Below, piece after piece: positions 1-13,141 of a stretch of DNA of 64,000 nt (position 1 is the stretch's first letter; the number at the start of each line of letters is the position of its first letter). The stretch covers positions 93,434,001-93,498,000 of the forward strand of contig NC_043001.1 in NCBI RefSeq assembly GCF_006345805.1, read 5' to 3'. The notes beneath the pieces are model-generated. The model worked only from the letters and a program-made list of their open reading frames with translations, searched no databases and was not told the DNA's origin. This DNA is from Octopus sinensis (taxonomy: Eukaryota). The position numbers and the translations under genes were made by a program.

Positions 1-745
1 GTCGTCGTCATCGTCATCATCATCATCATCATCATCATCAATGCTATCTTGTTGCTTTGTTCTTGGCTGTTATTTGCAGTCGACGGCGTCTCATTTTAAT
101 TCTGAATCATTTTGTCGTTATAATTATTGTCGATAGTAATTATTTTTCGACACTGGTCATCTAATGATAATGACGACGATGCTGTTGCGTTGCTACTACA
201 GTTACCGCTGCTACTGCTCCTACTGCTGCTCCTACTGATGATGAGCATGTTGATCATGATGATGATAATGATCATGATAATCGTAAAAACATAATTATGT
301 AGATGTTGTGATAACGTTACCGTAGTTGTTGTTGTCAATGATGATTTTTATCATAATGATATCTTTAGAAAGGCTTCTTTCCTTTATTATATTTTGGTAC
401 ATCTAGTATGTTAGTTTCCAGTGATTGCATTATATATATGTCACAATGCTGTTATTTCTATAATTGTATATTCTTTCGTTATGCTGATTTTTTTTTAGCC
501 CAAATTGAGTTTCTTTTTTTCTATCTCTCTACACAAAAGAAAAAAAAATGATTACTTTTCAAGTTTTTGTTTTTGCAACTGATCTGCTAAAGAAATGAGA
601 ACCCCAAGAGGAATTAAAACAACTCTGTATAACCGATCTTTCTGAACTATTACAAATTTTACACCTGAAACTTACTAATATACTTCGGTTTGTATACATA
701 CTTAGATAAATAGATACATAGAAACATACATACATACAAAAATAC

Positions 746-850
746 CCTGTAGCTGATGTTGAAATTCCAATGAAGGAGCCTTGGATCCAGGTTACAAACC
801 GGTTCTTTCTCTATTGGCAAGAAATCTTGAAATAAACTGAACAATGACAT
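746..850 (+). repeat. Short dispersed repeat, copy 1 (possible decayed Penelope pLTR fragment)
   Basis: tgatgttgaaattccaatgaaggagccttggatccaggttacaaaccggttctttctctattggcaagaaatcttgaaataaactgaa recurs with few substitutions at ~63415-63510; flanked by (ACAT)n. Confidence 0.65.
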
Positions 851-896
851 ACATACATACCGACTTACATTCAACATATATATATATATATATATT

Positions 897-1300
897 CTCT
901 TTTTTACTCTTTTTACTTGTTTCAGTCATTTGACTGCGGCCATGCTGGAGCACCGCCTTTAGTCGAGCAAATCGACCCCGGGACTTATTCTTTTTTGTAA
1001 GCCCAGTACTTATTCTATCGGTCTCTTTTGTCGAACCGCTAAGTGACGGGGACGTAAACACACCAGCATCGGTTGTCAAGCAATGCTAGGGGAACAAACA
1101 CAGGGGAACACACACTTATATATATATACATATATACGACAGGCTTCTTTCAGTTTCCGTCTACCAAATCCACTCACAAGGCATTGGTCGGCCCGGGGCT
1201 ATAGCAGAAGACAATTGCCCAAGATGCCACGCAGTGGGACTGAACCCGGAAACCATGTGTTTGTTTAGCAAGCTACTTACCACACAGCCACTCCTGCGCC
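897..1300 (-). mobile_element. SINE family A, full-length young copy (tRNA head, CORE-like, microsatellite linker, 3' module, LINE-like tail)
   Basis: Minus strand starts GGCGCAGGAGTGGCTGTGTGG (A box), has B box GGTTCAGTCCC and cttgggcaa CORE-like motif, and ends ggcggtgctccagcatggccgcagtcaaatgactgaaacaagtaaaaagag; near-identical to 20808-21203; inserted in (TA)n. Confidence 0.9.
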
Positions 1301-1304
1301 TATA

Positions 1305-1348
<44 letters not shown>

Positions 1349-1551
1349 TATATATATAATCCATACATACATACATATGTGCATGCATGCGTACATACGT
1401 AGATACATACACTTATATACAAACAATATATATATTCTTATATATATACCCATAATAGATACACACACATACATACACACACTCTCATATATATATATAT
1501 ATATAAATATATGCATGTTTGTATATATGTATACGTCCGTATGTATATACA

Positions 1552-1582
<31 letters not shown>

Positions 1583-2265
1583 ATATATATATGTATGTAT
1601 ATATATACACACACACACATATGTATGCATATATATGTAAGTGTCTATGTGTGAGTGTGTGTTGATATATATATAAGAACTACTACTTCTACTGCTGCTG
1701 CTGCTACTGCTGCCACTGCTGCTGCTGCTGATGTTACTACTACCGCTATTCTACTACTAGCAAACACAAACTACAACTGTGCGACCATCATCGTTTCATT
1801 ACTATGATACTATTACCTTTTGAAATAAGCACGTATTCCTCAAAACGATGCCTTAGCATCTCCGTCACCACCTTAACCGTGACTTTCTCACGGCGTCAGA
1901 GATTAACTACTTATCAGTGCAGAAACTCTCATCCATTTGGCACTACCATTGCTACCCAGTCATGCTTGTTAAAACAAACGTACATAATCAGAGCCGGAGT
2001 TTAACGAAACGCAAAATTTCTAGGAATTCTGAAAAAAAAAAAAAAAAGAAAAAAGAAATCCCTTATCAGAATCCTCGTACTAAAATTATAACATGAAATC
2101 CGCTAGCATTAATTCGCTCTTATTGTATCTTCGTTATCTTCCCTCGTTAAGAAACACTATGGTATTCCGAACAGCCTAATTACCCGAAGAATGATGGTGT
2201 TGTGCAGTTAATAAGAGATTCTAACGAAGTAATTCACGGTATTTTAATATATTTCTCTGCATTAG

Positions 2266-2478
2266 GGCCATGAGCTGGCAGAATCGTTAGCACGTCGGTT
2301 AAAGTACTTAGCAGTATTTCGTCAGCTTTTTCGTTCTGAGTTCAAATTTCGCTGCGGTCGACTTTGACTTTTATTATTTCGGTGGGACTGTAAAATAAGT
2401 AGCAGTTATGCCTTGGGGCGATGTAATTGACCTAGTCTCTTTCCCGTAAGTTCTGGCCTTGTGCCAAAATTTGAAATC
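2266..2478 (+). mobile_element. SINE family B (tRNA + Nin/Deu-like domain), diverged monomer with TSD
   Basis: gagctggcagaatcgttagc head, gagttcaaattt B box, ggtcgactttg...taaaataagtagcag domain, tail ggccttgtgccaaaatttgaa; 14-bp direct repeat aatatatttctctg at 2246-2259 and 2479-2492. Confidence 0.85.
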
Positions 2479-2805
2479 AATATATTTCTCTGAATTCTGA
2501 TTTTCTTGCCTTTCTACCTCCAAGGGTCAATAAAATGAAGTGCGAAACGGAACAAATACTAGAGGTATTCAGTCATCGATATTCTGCTCATGACTGTTGC
2601 ATTGTGCAAATATAATAATTAATGAAACTAATGGAATGGCAGAAAACATTAGATTTACCATTTGACGTTCCGAGTTGTAAGAACTGAATTCAAAATCTGG
2701 AATCAATGCTGCCTTCCACACTCAGACAACGTTTAAATATGTAGTGATACAATGATAAAAATATATATTATATAAAAATATATACAATGATAAAAATATA
2801 TAGTG

Positions 2806-3136
2806 ATGGGAGACCCCCTTCTGTTATGAATGACCATGGGATTGTACCTAGAAAGTTACCCTCCGAGGTACAAGTTCGGGCAAGGTTGTTTATTGAAGGC
2901 CAGCAGTCACCCATGCATACCAGCCTCTCCTCTCCACACCACTGATGTTGTCCAAGGGAAAGGCAAAGGCTGATACAGCTTGGCACCAGTGACGTCGCAA
3001 CTCACTTCTACAGCTGAGTGAACTGGAGCAACGTGAAATAAAGTGTCTTGCTCAAGAACACAATACATAGCCCGGTCTGGGAATCGAACTCACAACCTCA
3101 CGATCGTAAGCTCAACGCTCTAACCACTGAGCCATG
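2806..3136 (-). mobile_element. SINE family C (tRNA head + CORE domain)
   Basis: Minus strand: catggctcagtggttagagcg (A box), gttcgattccc (B box), tgtgttcttgagcaagacactttatttcacgttgctccagttcactcagctg (CORE-like); flanked by tagtgatacaatgataaaaa at ~2742 and ~3151. Confidence 0.88.
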
Positions 3137-3224
3137 TTTTTTTCGCTGTATAGTGATACAATGATAAAAAATATATAATATTAAAAATAATCCACACCGC
3201 CATCTCTTCAGTTATCCGGCCATA

Positions 3225-3314
3225 GGTTCAGGAGTAGCTGTATGGTAAGTAGCTTGCTTACCAACCACATGGTTCCGGGTTCATTCCCACTTTGTGAAAG
3301 AAGACCGTCGTATA
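3225..3314 (+). mobile_element. SINE family A, internally deleted head fragment
   Basis: caggagtagctgtatggtaagtagcttgcttaccaaccacatggttccgggttcattcccact joined directly to tgaaagaagaccgtcgtata. Confidence 0.8.
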
Positions 3315-4053
3315 TAATGTTAAAAATAATATATTTTAACAAATTACGTCCTATCAAAATGAAAGACTGAATTTTCCCCCAATGGCGAGAACTTATATGT
3401 ATGTCTGTTGCATTTTCCTTCCATTCACTAGAATAGTACACTATACTTACAGACAATACCTAGTTACAAGTAGTTGGAATTAAGTAGCGCGACTTCTAAC
3501 TGCGTAATTATTTGTAATTACGTTTTAAAGCTTCTAGATATTAAAAGTGTTTACACAAACTGAAGTATATTGTTCCTATTTTGAAGACGTGGTTATTTAT
3601 TTAGCGTTCACACAATAGCATTTTCCTCCGCCGACCAGTTTATAAACTTTAATGATAATTAATTTCATGCTTTTAAATTGAGGTCTTAATAAGACTGAAA
3701 TGGAACCGTTGTTGTCTTCCACACTTGTCGAAATAATCAATATAAGCCGCTGAGTAATTTCATTTTGCTCCACATTACTTAATTCTTTCCAGTTCTTTCA
3801 ATTAAATTTATCAACACAAACTTAACTATTATTTCTGTTGGTCTTACATCGAGAGCAGTTTATGTGACAAGGAATCGAATAATGCAATGTTTTTCGATGT
3901 CATATCAATATCGCTGCGAGCAAATCTCAACTCCATTAAAAAACATTTACCAACTTGATCAACTCCTATTTACTTTGGAGACATACAACATTTATTGTGC
4001 AATATCTTTTTTATCAATTTATTTCCTATGTTACAATTACTTTGTTCCACATA

Positions 4054-4055
4054 TT

Positions 4056-4127
<72 letters not shown>

Positions 4128-4129
4128 TC
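4054..4129. repeat. (TTTC)n microsatellite
   Basis: Pure tetranucleotide run; source of the SFFL/KERK pseudo-ORFs. Confidence 0.97.
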
Positions 4130-4714
4130 GCACTCGTTCGTTTTAGTCCAGTCACTCTCTTCTGTATTTTTTTTCTATCATTCTTCTGTTCTCGCTTTAT
4201 GTACATCGTTTTTCATATATCTCTATAGGCTTGTTGAAGTGGACCACTTCTTAAATTTCTCCAGCTATTATTTTATCTCCAGCGATGTTTTAGATGTCAA
4301 AACATTGACAACATTTATTTGGCAACCATTCTTCCACTGTGCTTCATATTACTTCGGCACAAAAAACAAAATTGTACAAAAATGAAAGAGTACAAGGAAA
4401 TAACAACAATAAAAAAAACCTTTCATAGAAATAAGTATACCTAAAGTAAACATCAATAAACTGAAAGGTAAGAGAAAGTAAATAACATTAGTACGGAGGG
4501 AGAGTAAGAGGGAGAGAACCATCAAAGTTTCAATGGATGACTGATGGACATTTGAACAGTTTCAATATGTCATCTTAGCTATGTGTTATGTCATCGAACA
4601 AAAACAAAGCTATATTCGGCCATCGCCTTTTCTGATGAATTTACTTTAGACGTCCATTAGACTTCAATAGATAGAAATCGATGATGATGATGATGTATGT
4701 ATAATACATCATAA

Positions 4715-4752
<38 letters not shown>

Positions 4753-4925
4753 ATTAGTGCGTTGGGAATGATAAAGAAGGGAGCTGAGAAGTGTATTAAG
4801 CAATGACCCGTCCTTGTTTTCTTTGTATCGTCTATCTGGATGTTTTGTGTCCCTTTTTGTATCACCTAGGTGTCCGGAAGTTTTGCGTTCTTGTCCCATT
4901 TCGTATTATATATATATATATATAT

Positions 4926-5298
4926 ATTATATATAAGGGCTTAGTAAAATAAATTACTTTGCCACATACTGAACTCATTAGAAATAGCAGCTAAAGAAAT
5001 TCTTCAGCTATTTCTAATACTTAAAGAAGATCTCTCTCAGATAGTGTTTGCCTAAACTAACTCACAAAAGTTAGTTTAGGCAAACACTATCTGAGAGAGA
5101 TCTTCTTTAAGTATTCGAAATAGCTGAAGAAATTTCTTTAGCTGCTATTTCTAATGAGTTCAGTATGTGGCAAGTAATTTATTTTACTACCCTTATATAT
5201 AATGTAATATTTTGAATTCGCCTATAATGGTCCCTTTACTACTGAACACTTGGTGAAACTGATTATAATAATTAATTTTACTACCCTCAATTGTTGAA

Positions 5299-5300
<2 letters not shown>
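4926..5300 (+). mobile_element. Fold-back element (~135-bp inverted arms + unique tail), probable Penelope-like pLTR derivative
   Basis: 4926-5062 is the near-perfect reverse complement of 5069-5203 (loop cacaaa); tail 5204-5300; (TA)n on both sides; related to 56186-56460. Confidence 0.75.
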
Positions 5301-5352
<52 letters not shown>

Positions 5353-5960
5353 GTATATAATATTTATATATTTTTGTGTATATAGTTATGTGAATACGTG
5401 GAAAGAAGTATGCTAATGAAAAGTTAGAGGAAAAAATATAAGTGTCATCAATTTAGAAATATATATAAGAATTTGCAGCACTGTTTTATTGAATATTGAA
5501 ATTCTGAAGATATAAATGTGAACCAATTTCAAGATGTCACAACATAAACAAATTTTTATTGATGTACTATGAGAGAAAATTCCCTGACGTCTTACAAATG
5601 TCAAGGGACATGAGATCTTCAAAAAATAAAAACATTTTCTTAAGAATGTCAATACTTCTCTAAACTATGAACACCTGAATATATTTAGGATTTATGGATG
5701 GTCAAATTTGGGAACAAAGACATGACAAATATGGAGGGTCGTTTGACAAGAATGAGAAGAATATAGGGAACGCTGGGAGAAATAATTTCTTTCGAAAAGA
5801 GAAATGATAGAAGAGAGAAAACACGTCTGTACTCTTAAACGTCTTTGCAGGCAAAGGAAAATGGACGATGGTCACGTGTGAGCAACGAAAGAGAGAGAAA
5901 GAGGGGAAGAGAGAAAGAGATAAAAACAGTGAAGTAAGGAGAAAGATACATACATATATA

Positions 5961-6011
<51 letters not shown>

Positions 6012-6344
6012 CACACGCATATATACATATATATATATGTATCCTGTGCATAAGTGGTAGTTTATCGATTACAGAAAGATGGAAACACAGTTGATCTCGG
6101 CAGAGCATGAACTCGAAGTGTAGATATCTCTAGGAAATGCTGCCAGTGTATTATATCCCCCATGATCCTCCTCATGATTCTCTCTTAGAAGAGAGAAAGT
6201 GATATTTTTCATCTCAGAAGAGAATGTTTTCCTCTTTTAAACTGTCAGATTCTCGACATATACACACAAACTCTTCCAAAATCATAAAGTTAGGTGCTCC
6301 TCAATTGCACATCGGAGACACACACGCTCACCCGCCCGGACGGA

Positions 6345-6425
6345 CTCACGAACGCATGCACGAACGCACGTACGCCCAAACGCACGTACGCCCGAACGCA
6401 CGTACGCCCGAATGCACGAACGCAC
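6345..6425. repeat. CpG-rich 16-bp minisatellite (aacgcacgtacgcccg)
   Basis: About three tandem units plus degenerate flanking units. Confidence 0.75.
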
Positions 6426-6479
6426 ATATACGTATAGTGGGATGTTATTTTCAAGAAAATTGACACGAAAACTTGCTCA

Positions 6480-6715
6480 AATTTTCGTTCTGCTTTGTAT
6501 ATTTTATGATAGATCGGACTTAAAATTTCACTGTCATATTTACATACAAGCAATATGTTCTGGATGACCAGCCGTTTCTCTGTATCTTTTGACAGTATTT
6601 TATTTTTAATCCAATTATGACTTAACAGTATTCTGAATTTGATGATCTTCTTAACTAAAGCATTATCTTCTGTCCGAACTTGGGTGACCTTACGAAAGCA
6701 TCCCTTGTTCATATG
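6480..6715 (-). pseudogene. Possible RTE-type LINE RT remnant
   Basis: Translation WIKNKILSKDTEKRLVIQNILLVCKYDSEILS resembles the RTE motif IW....LS..TK..LY...VL..LLYGSETW; strongly decayed. Confidence 0.35.
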
Positions 6716-8457
6716 TTAAGAGAACTGTTTGCATTGTCAGGAGAATTTACGTCAGACTATATAACACTCACACAAATATACACTAATAAACTTACTAACA
6801 GACACATCTCAATATTTGCATTTGAATATTTGCTTATTAAAAATAATTGTTCTAGAAATTGTCTCTCCTTTTACTTAGTATTCTTTCAAGGGTATGGTTT
6901 AAAAGAACTTTCTTACTGAAATGTATGAACATTTTGTTTACTAAGTCTTGTCTTATTCAGCCACCTAAGACTATATTTAACAGTGAAAGTTTGCCATTTG
7001 TTTTCCTATGCATTGACTTTGTGGTTGTTACACATTGTCTTAACTTTTGCTGATACGCATCTTCTGTCACATATTTTCTTCTGTTTTGCCATGAAGTATA
7101 TTTACTTGTATCTAGCGAAGATAATGTCTAGCTATTCTACGGAAAATCGATTCGTATTATTTCTTAGTTTTTTTTTACTGCATGTATAATATCATGTAAC
7201 CGTTCATCGGAGTTTCAGAATTCAACAGGTAATCTTATAGAAATTATGTAACAACAGAGTTTATGTGACGTAAAGTCGGAATATAATTCTTCTTACATTT
7301 GCTTATTTGTCTGTGAATGTACAGTATCGATGTGTGGAAATACTAAAAGATATAGAAAAGTGAAAACCCGGCAGAATAGAATTTCACATTCTAGTTAAAC
7401 AGCCAGGTCAATCGGTTGCTTTCTGTAACATAAAAACTGGTCAGAAATCAATTCAAACACACATGCAAACATACGTACGCTTACATACATTCACACGCGT
7501 ACATACACCCGCGTGCATACATACGAACATATACACACACAGTTTCAAATATATGTCACACTAATGTTTGTATATAGGAGCGTTTGTATCATTGCGCATG
7601 TCACCTCTTGTCTGTGTATGTCCTTCTAATAATCAAATATTTTCTGACTAATACCTTGAAATACATGACTGTATCAGGCACAAGAGCAATAATACAAAAG
7701 AATCTAATCCCAGAAGATTAAAACCTAAAACTGCCATATAAATGTTTAAGCTGATGATTCACAACAAATATAAGATAATCGATTTTCGTGTGAACTGACC
7801 ACTTACTGCCTTTAGTAAATCCTTTACGTATGAAGAGTTTTCCATTAGTTTTGTAAATACTTAGAAAAACATATGTAATAAGTACTTATACAAAATATGT
7901 AAATTAATATACACAATATTCTTTCATAAACTCGTTTGCTCATACCCAAACACACACATGTAGAAGCTCTGATGCGCATAGTAGTAAACGTTTGAGACAC
8001 ATTTTTACATGAACTTTGAGAGACATAAATATTGATTCGGAGACGGAATGGCTGCGTAAGTTTGAAGTGAAAAAGAACATTTTGAGTGATCAATGAAATT
8101 TGGTGCAGAAATCTATCACATACATGCATACATGCATACATACATACATACGTACGTACATACATACATACATACATAAATACATACATGTATACATACA
8201 TAATACATACATACATGTAGACAAACAGACAGACATACATACATGTATATACTCACAGACGATCGAATTCTACGCATCACATTCATATATATTTATATCT
8301 ATACCTCTCTATATCTGAATATACTGATACAGTATGTTTATATATATGTGCGTGTGTGAGTGTATGTATTTATATATATGTATATATGTGTGTTTATGTA
8401 TATATTATATATATATATATGTATAATGTATTGTATATATATATATCTATATGTCTA

Positions 8458-8518
<61 letters not shown>

Positions 8519-10056
8519 CTCTCCCCCCCTCTCTCCTCTCTCTATATATATATATATATACATACATGCTGAGGCGTCCGTTTATTTTGTGGTATTAAAT
8601 CGTAAAAGTACAACATGGAATCTTGTTTTATATTTCTGTTGGATACTCTTACATGTTTGTGATATAAGCGAATACAAAAATAAATCAATGTTTTATTCAA
8701 TTAGATTTTTAGCTGACAGCGTATATCAACGTATTTGTAAACACGTAAATAAATACATATTAACCATTATATATTTAAAAAAAAAATTCATACTCTTGGG
8801 GCCTCCAGTATTTCACTGTCAACAGCTTTTAGATACCTTTAATACATTGACGTTTGGAACATTTTTATGGGTACCATTGTGACAAATATTTGATGCTCAA
8901 ATCTCGTTCCCTGTTCCATAATCGTTTCTTATAAATGATTTTTATTATAAATGATTATTTTTGTGTATGAAATTGTAATTAACCCATCCCTGTCGGGTAG
9001 TCTATAACTCTGTTTTAGCAATAGGAGCAAGAATTGCTGTGTCGTTAAGAAGCTCGCTTTGAATTTAAGTGGATTTGGGTTCTGTTTCACTGTGCAGCAA
9101 CTTGGAAATGACTCTGTGCCAAACTGGAAACCGTGTGATAATACGCGATACCTTCCACGTATGTATGTATGTGTATATATCTGTATGTGTATGTGTGTAT
9201 TGCAAACATAAACGTAAAAGCGCACGTACCTGTGTATCGGTTCGTTTGAGCCTGGGTACGTTAGTAGCTCGGCAAAAGAAAACGATAGAATATGTTCTAG
9301 TCTAATAACTGATACAAGTAAAAGAGAATAATTCTAAACCGAACTCGAAATAACGATTCATGAATAAGAAAATGAAAATATGGGATGATATTTGGATAAC
9401 CCATCCTTGCTTACATTAACTACAAAAGTTAACTAAAATTACCTTTATCAGTAATGGATTCCCAAACTGAAACTTTTTCTTGTTAGCAGTAAGGCCACCT
9501 TCAACAGCTATATTTATTATAGACACACGTTAATTTCAATTTAGCGATATCAAGTTATGACCTCTCATCAGATACTCCAAAGTAATATTGATGCGTATAT
9601 TATAGCTTCCAGAATGATCATCAACGGGATTCAATCTCAGAAGTGGCAAAAAAAAAAGTAGTATATTAAAACTCATGAGTTAAATACAGTTAGAAATTAA
9701 ACACTGTTACGTCGGCTACTCTATCACTCTTATCTCTAAATTAATGCCGATAAGGAATGCAAAAATAAATGCATAACCGTCGTCGTCATCATCATCATCA
9801 TCATCATAAACTGCATCTAGAAATATAACAATGATGGCCATGATGGTAATTAAGACGGAGGAGTATAAACTCTGCATGAAAGGAAGAAATCGGGATGATT
9901 TCCCTAGATGAAATTATGATATAATTTCAGGTTTTACAAAGTATTCCCACGTTAACTTTGCAACACATACAGTAAAAATAAAAGACACATACAAACTTAA
10001 GCACACACACACACACACACACGTGTATATATGTATCTGTACACATTCATATATAG

Positions 10057-10087
<31 letters not shown>

Positions 10088-10292
10088 CGTTCACTTACAT
10101 ATATGCACATGTGAATATATGCATACATCAGTTTGTATGATTGTATGATTACGTCCACATATACATGTATACATACAGGTATAGATGCATAACGACGCAG
10201 ACGTATACATACATTTATATAAATATATGCATATATACATATGTATATATATACATACATACATACATATATATATATATAAATATATACAT

Positions 10293-10345
<53 letters not shown>

Positions 10346-10884
10346 CATACATACACATATCTATATATAAATATATACATATATATATATATGTATATAC
10401 AGGAATATGCCTACAAACATAGTGTTTGAGTATCATCGAACTAAAGTTTGTTGATGCCGAAACACTGCTTCGCACTGATATTACGGTAATTTGGACGATC
10501 TCGTCGGTGTGCTGGCGCAAATAATCCAAAGTTGTTTGGGCTATTTTTGTTAAAGCAATGTCTTTGACAAGGTCCATCAACAGTTGTCTCTCTTAGGTAT
10601 TTCACATTGAGACGGCTAAAGAGTCAGAAATATCGATACTGGGAATCCGACAGATAGTGCCGCTGGGGAGATAACGGTGTTTTTAAACATTTTTACCATA
10701 AGAGAAACATTTTCACTTTGGTAACAGCAGTGAATTTGCGTTTTAGCAGACGTTCTGACAATGCTTGGCGCTAATAAAATGGTAATATATATATAAGTAT
10801 ATTATCGTAATAGCGTTCAGTTCATCACGATTCATATCCATCATATTCTGTTGACATGTCTTATTGATGAGTTCTATTTTTTCC

Positions 10885-10971
10885 CTTCCCTGAAGAAGAG
10901 ATTACATTGTTTTACACCATTTTATTCCCTTAGAATAATTCCAATGACATCTTCGAAACATGTGTCGGGAG
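10885..10971 (+). ncRNA. Type I hammerhead ribozyme motif, canonical core
   Basis: Stem I cttcc(10885-89)/gggag(10967-71); CTGAAGA 10890-96; stem II gagat..cattg / caatg..atctt; GAAAC 10955-59; helix III AC/GT closing ATGT; GTC cleavage triplet ending 10966. Confidence 0.75.
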
Positions 10972-11104
10972 TAAAAGAATTTGAATAACATCTGCGTTTA
11001 ACTCCATTTATATATATACATATTTAAAAAAAATAAATATATGTATATATATAATTAAATATATATATCTATAATCTAGTATATATAAGTAATATATATA
11101 TATA

Positions 11105-11182
<78 letters not shown>

Positions 11183-11432
11183 TGTAGATATATATATATA
11201 TATGAATGTATATATTATATATGTATATATATATACACACACTATATATATATATTATATGCACATATATAAATATATATATTTATATATTATTTACTAT
11301 ATATATGGGATATCTGAAGGAAGCTGCTTTACATAGTCCAGTTGTTATCTAAAACCCTGTCAAACTCCCAATGCGAAACGTATTGCTAAGATAGATCGGC
11401 CGACAAATGGATATGGACACTGTACACTTCGA

Positions 11433-11473
<41 letters not shown>

Positions 11474-12071
11474 GTGTGTGTGTCTGCGTAAGATTAACGA
11501 AATGTACGTCCGTTACAGCTTCGTTTACAGAATGTGCAAAAGTTGATTAAATCTAGGAAGGCACTTACAAACAAACCACTAGAGAAACTTACGCGTACAT
11601 ATATACAGAAACGTATAATCTTACTTAAATGACCGGTCAGCAAGCATATCATATATGACATTGACGGGAAGGTAGTGATGAAAACAAACGAGTGAGTGAG
11701 TGATAGAGAGAGAGAGAAAGAGGGAAAGAGAGAGGGAGAGAGAGGGAGAGAAAGAGAGAAAGAGTCGTTCAACGGAAGTCACATTAGTTGTTCAATAGGC
11801 CTCTTAGCATATGCTCGCCCGACATTGAATAATATAACTCCTGATAGACAAAACGACGTATGTATGTATTTATAGATTGATGTGTTTGTTCATACGCACA
11901 CTCAAGTATACACACATGTATATATGTATGTATGTATGTACGTATGTATATACATATATGTACATATATATATATATATACATATAGTAGTTTGATGTGT
12001 GTTTTCATAATAAAGTATATATATACACACATATGTATATACATATATGGAAATATATATATATATATATA

Positions 12072-12114
<43 letters not shown>

Positions 12115-12541
12115 CATATACACATGAACACACACAGCAGAATAGAGATAAGCATACAAATTGAGTTATACGAAGATTTTTCGGTTGATAGATTGATAAA
12201 TACGTAAATGGAGAATGAGGTACAAAGGTGAAAATGGATTTACACAGAAGAACAGTTATTAAAGCGCTCTAAGAAACAAAACAAAATAGATTTTTAAAAT
12301 CCCTGGTGCAATAGAAGGCATTTGCCACACATATCCATGCATTCCTATATGGAATCAGGGAAAAGAATCATAATAACAAAAAATTACTTTCAGTGAAACC
12401 GCATAGATGCGTCACTAAGGATAGATACGCGTTCATTCTACAATTGAAAAATATGGAAGTTATTCTCACAAGTGTTTTTCATTCACACAAACACCATCCA
12501 TACACGACGGGTAAACACTGAGACATATATACACATCAATG

Positions 12542-12577
<36 letters not shown>

Positions 12578-13099
12578 TGTATGCTTTGCTCGAAGAAGCA
12601 TACAGACACGAATGCATAGAAACGTTAGAAGTAGAGCCATCCTAAACAGTCTTCTCAAATGCTCATGAGTTGTAATATAATTGAAAAAGATTTGCCCCCA
12701 AAAAAATAAAAAACAAGAAATAAAAAGAAACACATATACAGAAAAGAAAAAAAAATACTGCATCAGATGCCTATTCTTTTTGGTAATCTCTGAAGATGTA
12801 CTTGCGTCAGGAAATGCACTTCAAAAGATACAGATGGTTTCCGAAGCAGAATTTCTAATCGAATTATTGGGATAAAAATTCAATTTTCTTTATCGCAAAA
12901 TTTATCAAATTGGATTTATTTGTGTGAATTTAGAGGCGACTGTTTTATTGAATCAGTTAATTATTTCAAGCGTGGTATTTTGTTTTTCACGAGAGAGAGT
13001 GAGAGAGAGACAGAGAGATAGGAAGAAAAAGAAAGAAAGAAAGAAAAAGAGGAGAGAGGAAAAGATATATATATATATACATATATATAGAGAGAGATG

Positions 13100-13141
<42 letters not shown>

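Noticed and set aside
1083-1268. Identical peptide IRQASFSFRLPNPLTRHWSARGYSRRQLPKMPRSGTEPG here and at 20788-21063
   Set aside because: Antisense reading of two young SINE A copies, not a duplicated gene.
3070-3136. tRNA-like sequence with A and B boxes
   Set aside because: It runs straight into a CORE domain and lacks a proper acceptor stem; it is a SINE head, not a tRNA gene.
11310-11390. CTGAAGGA...GCGAAACGTA hammerhead-like spacing in an island between TA tracts
   Set aside because: The core is altered and stems I and II cannot be formed convincingly; at most a decayed relic.
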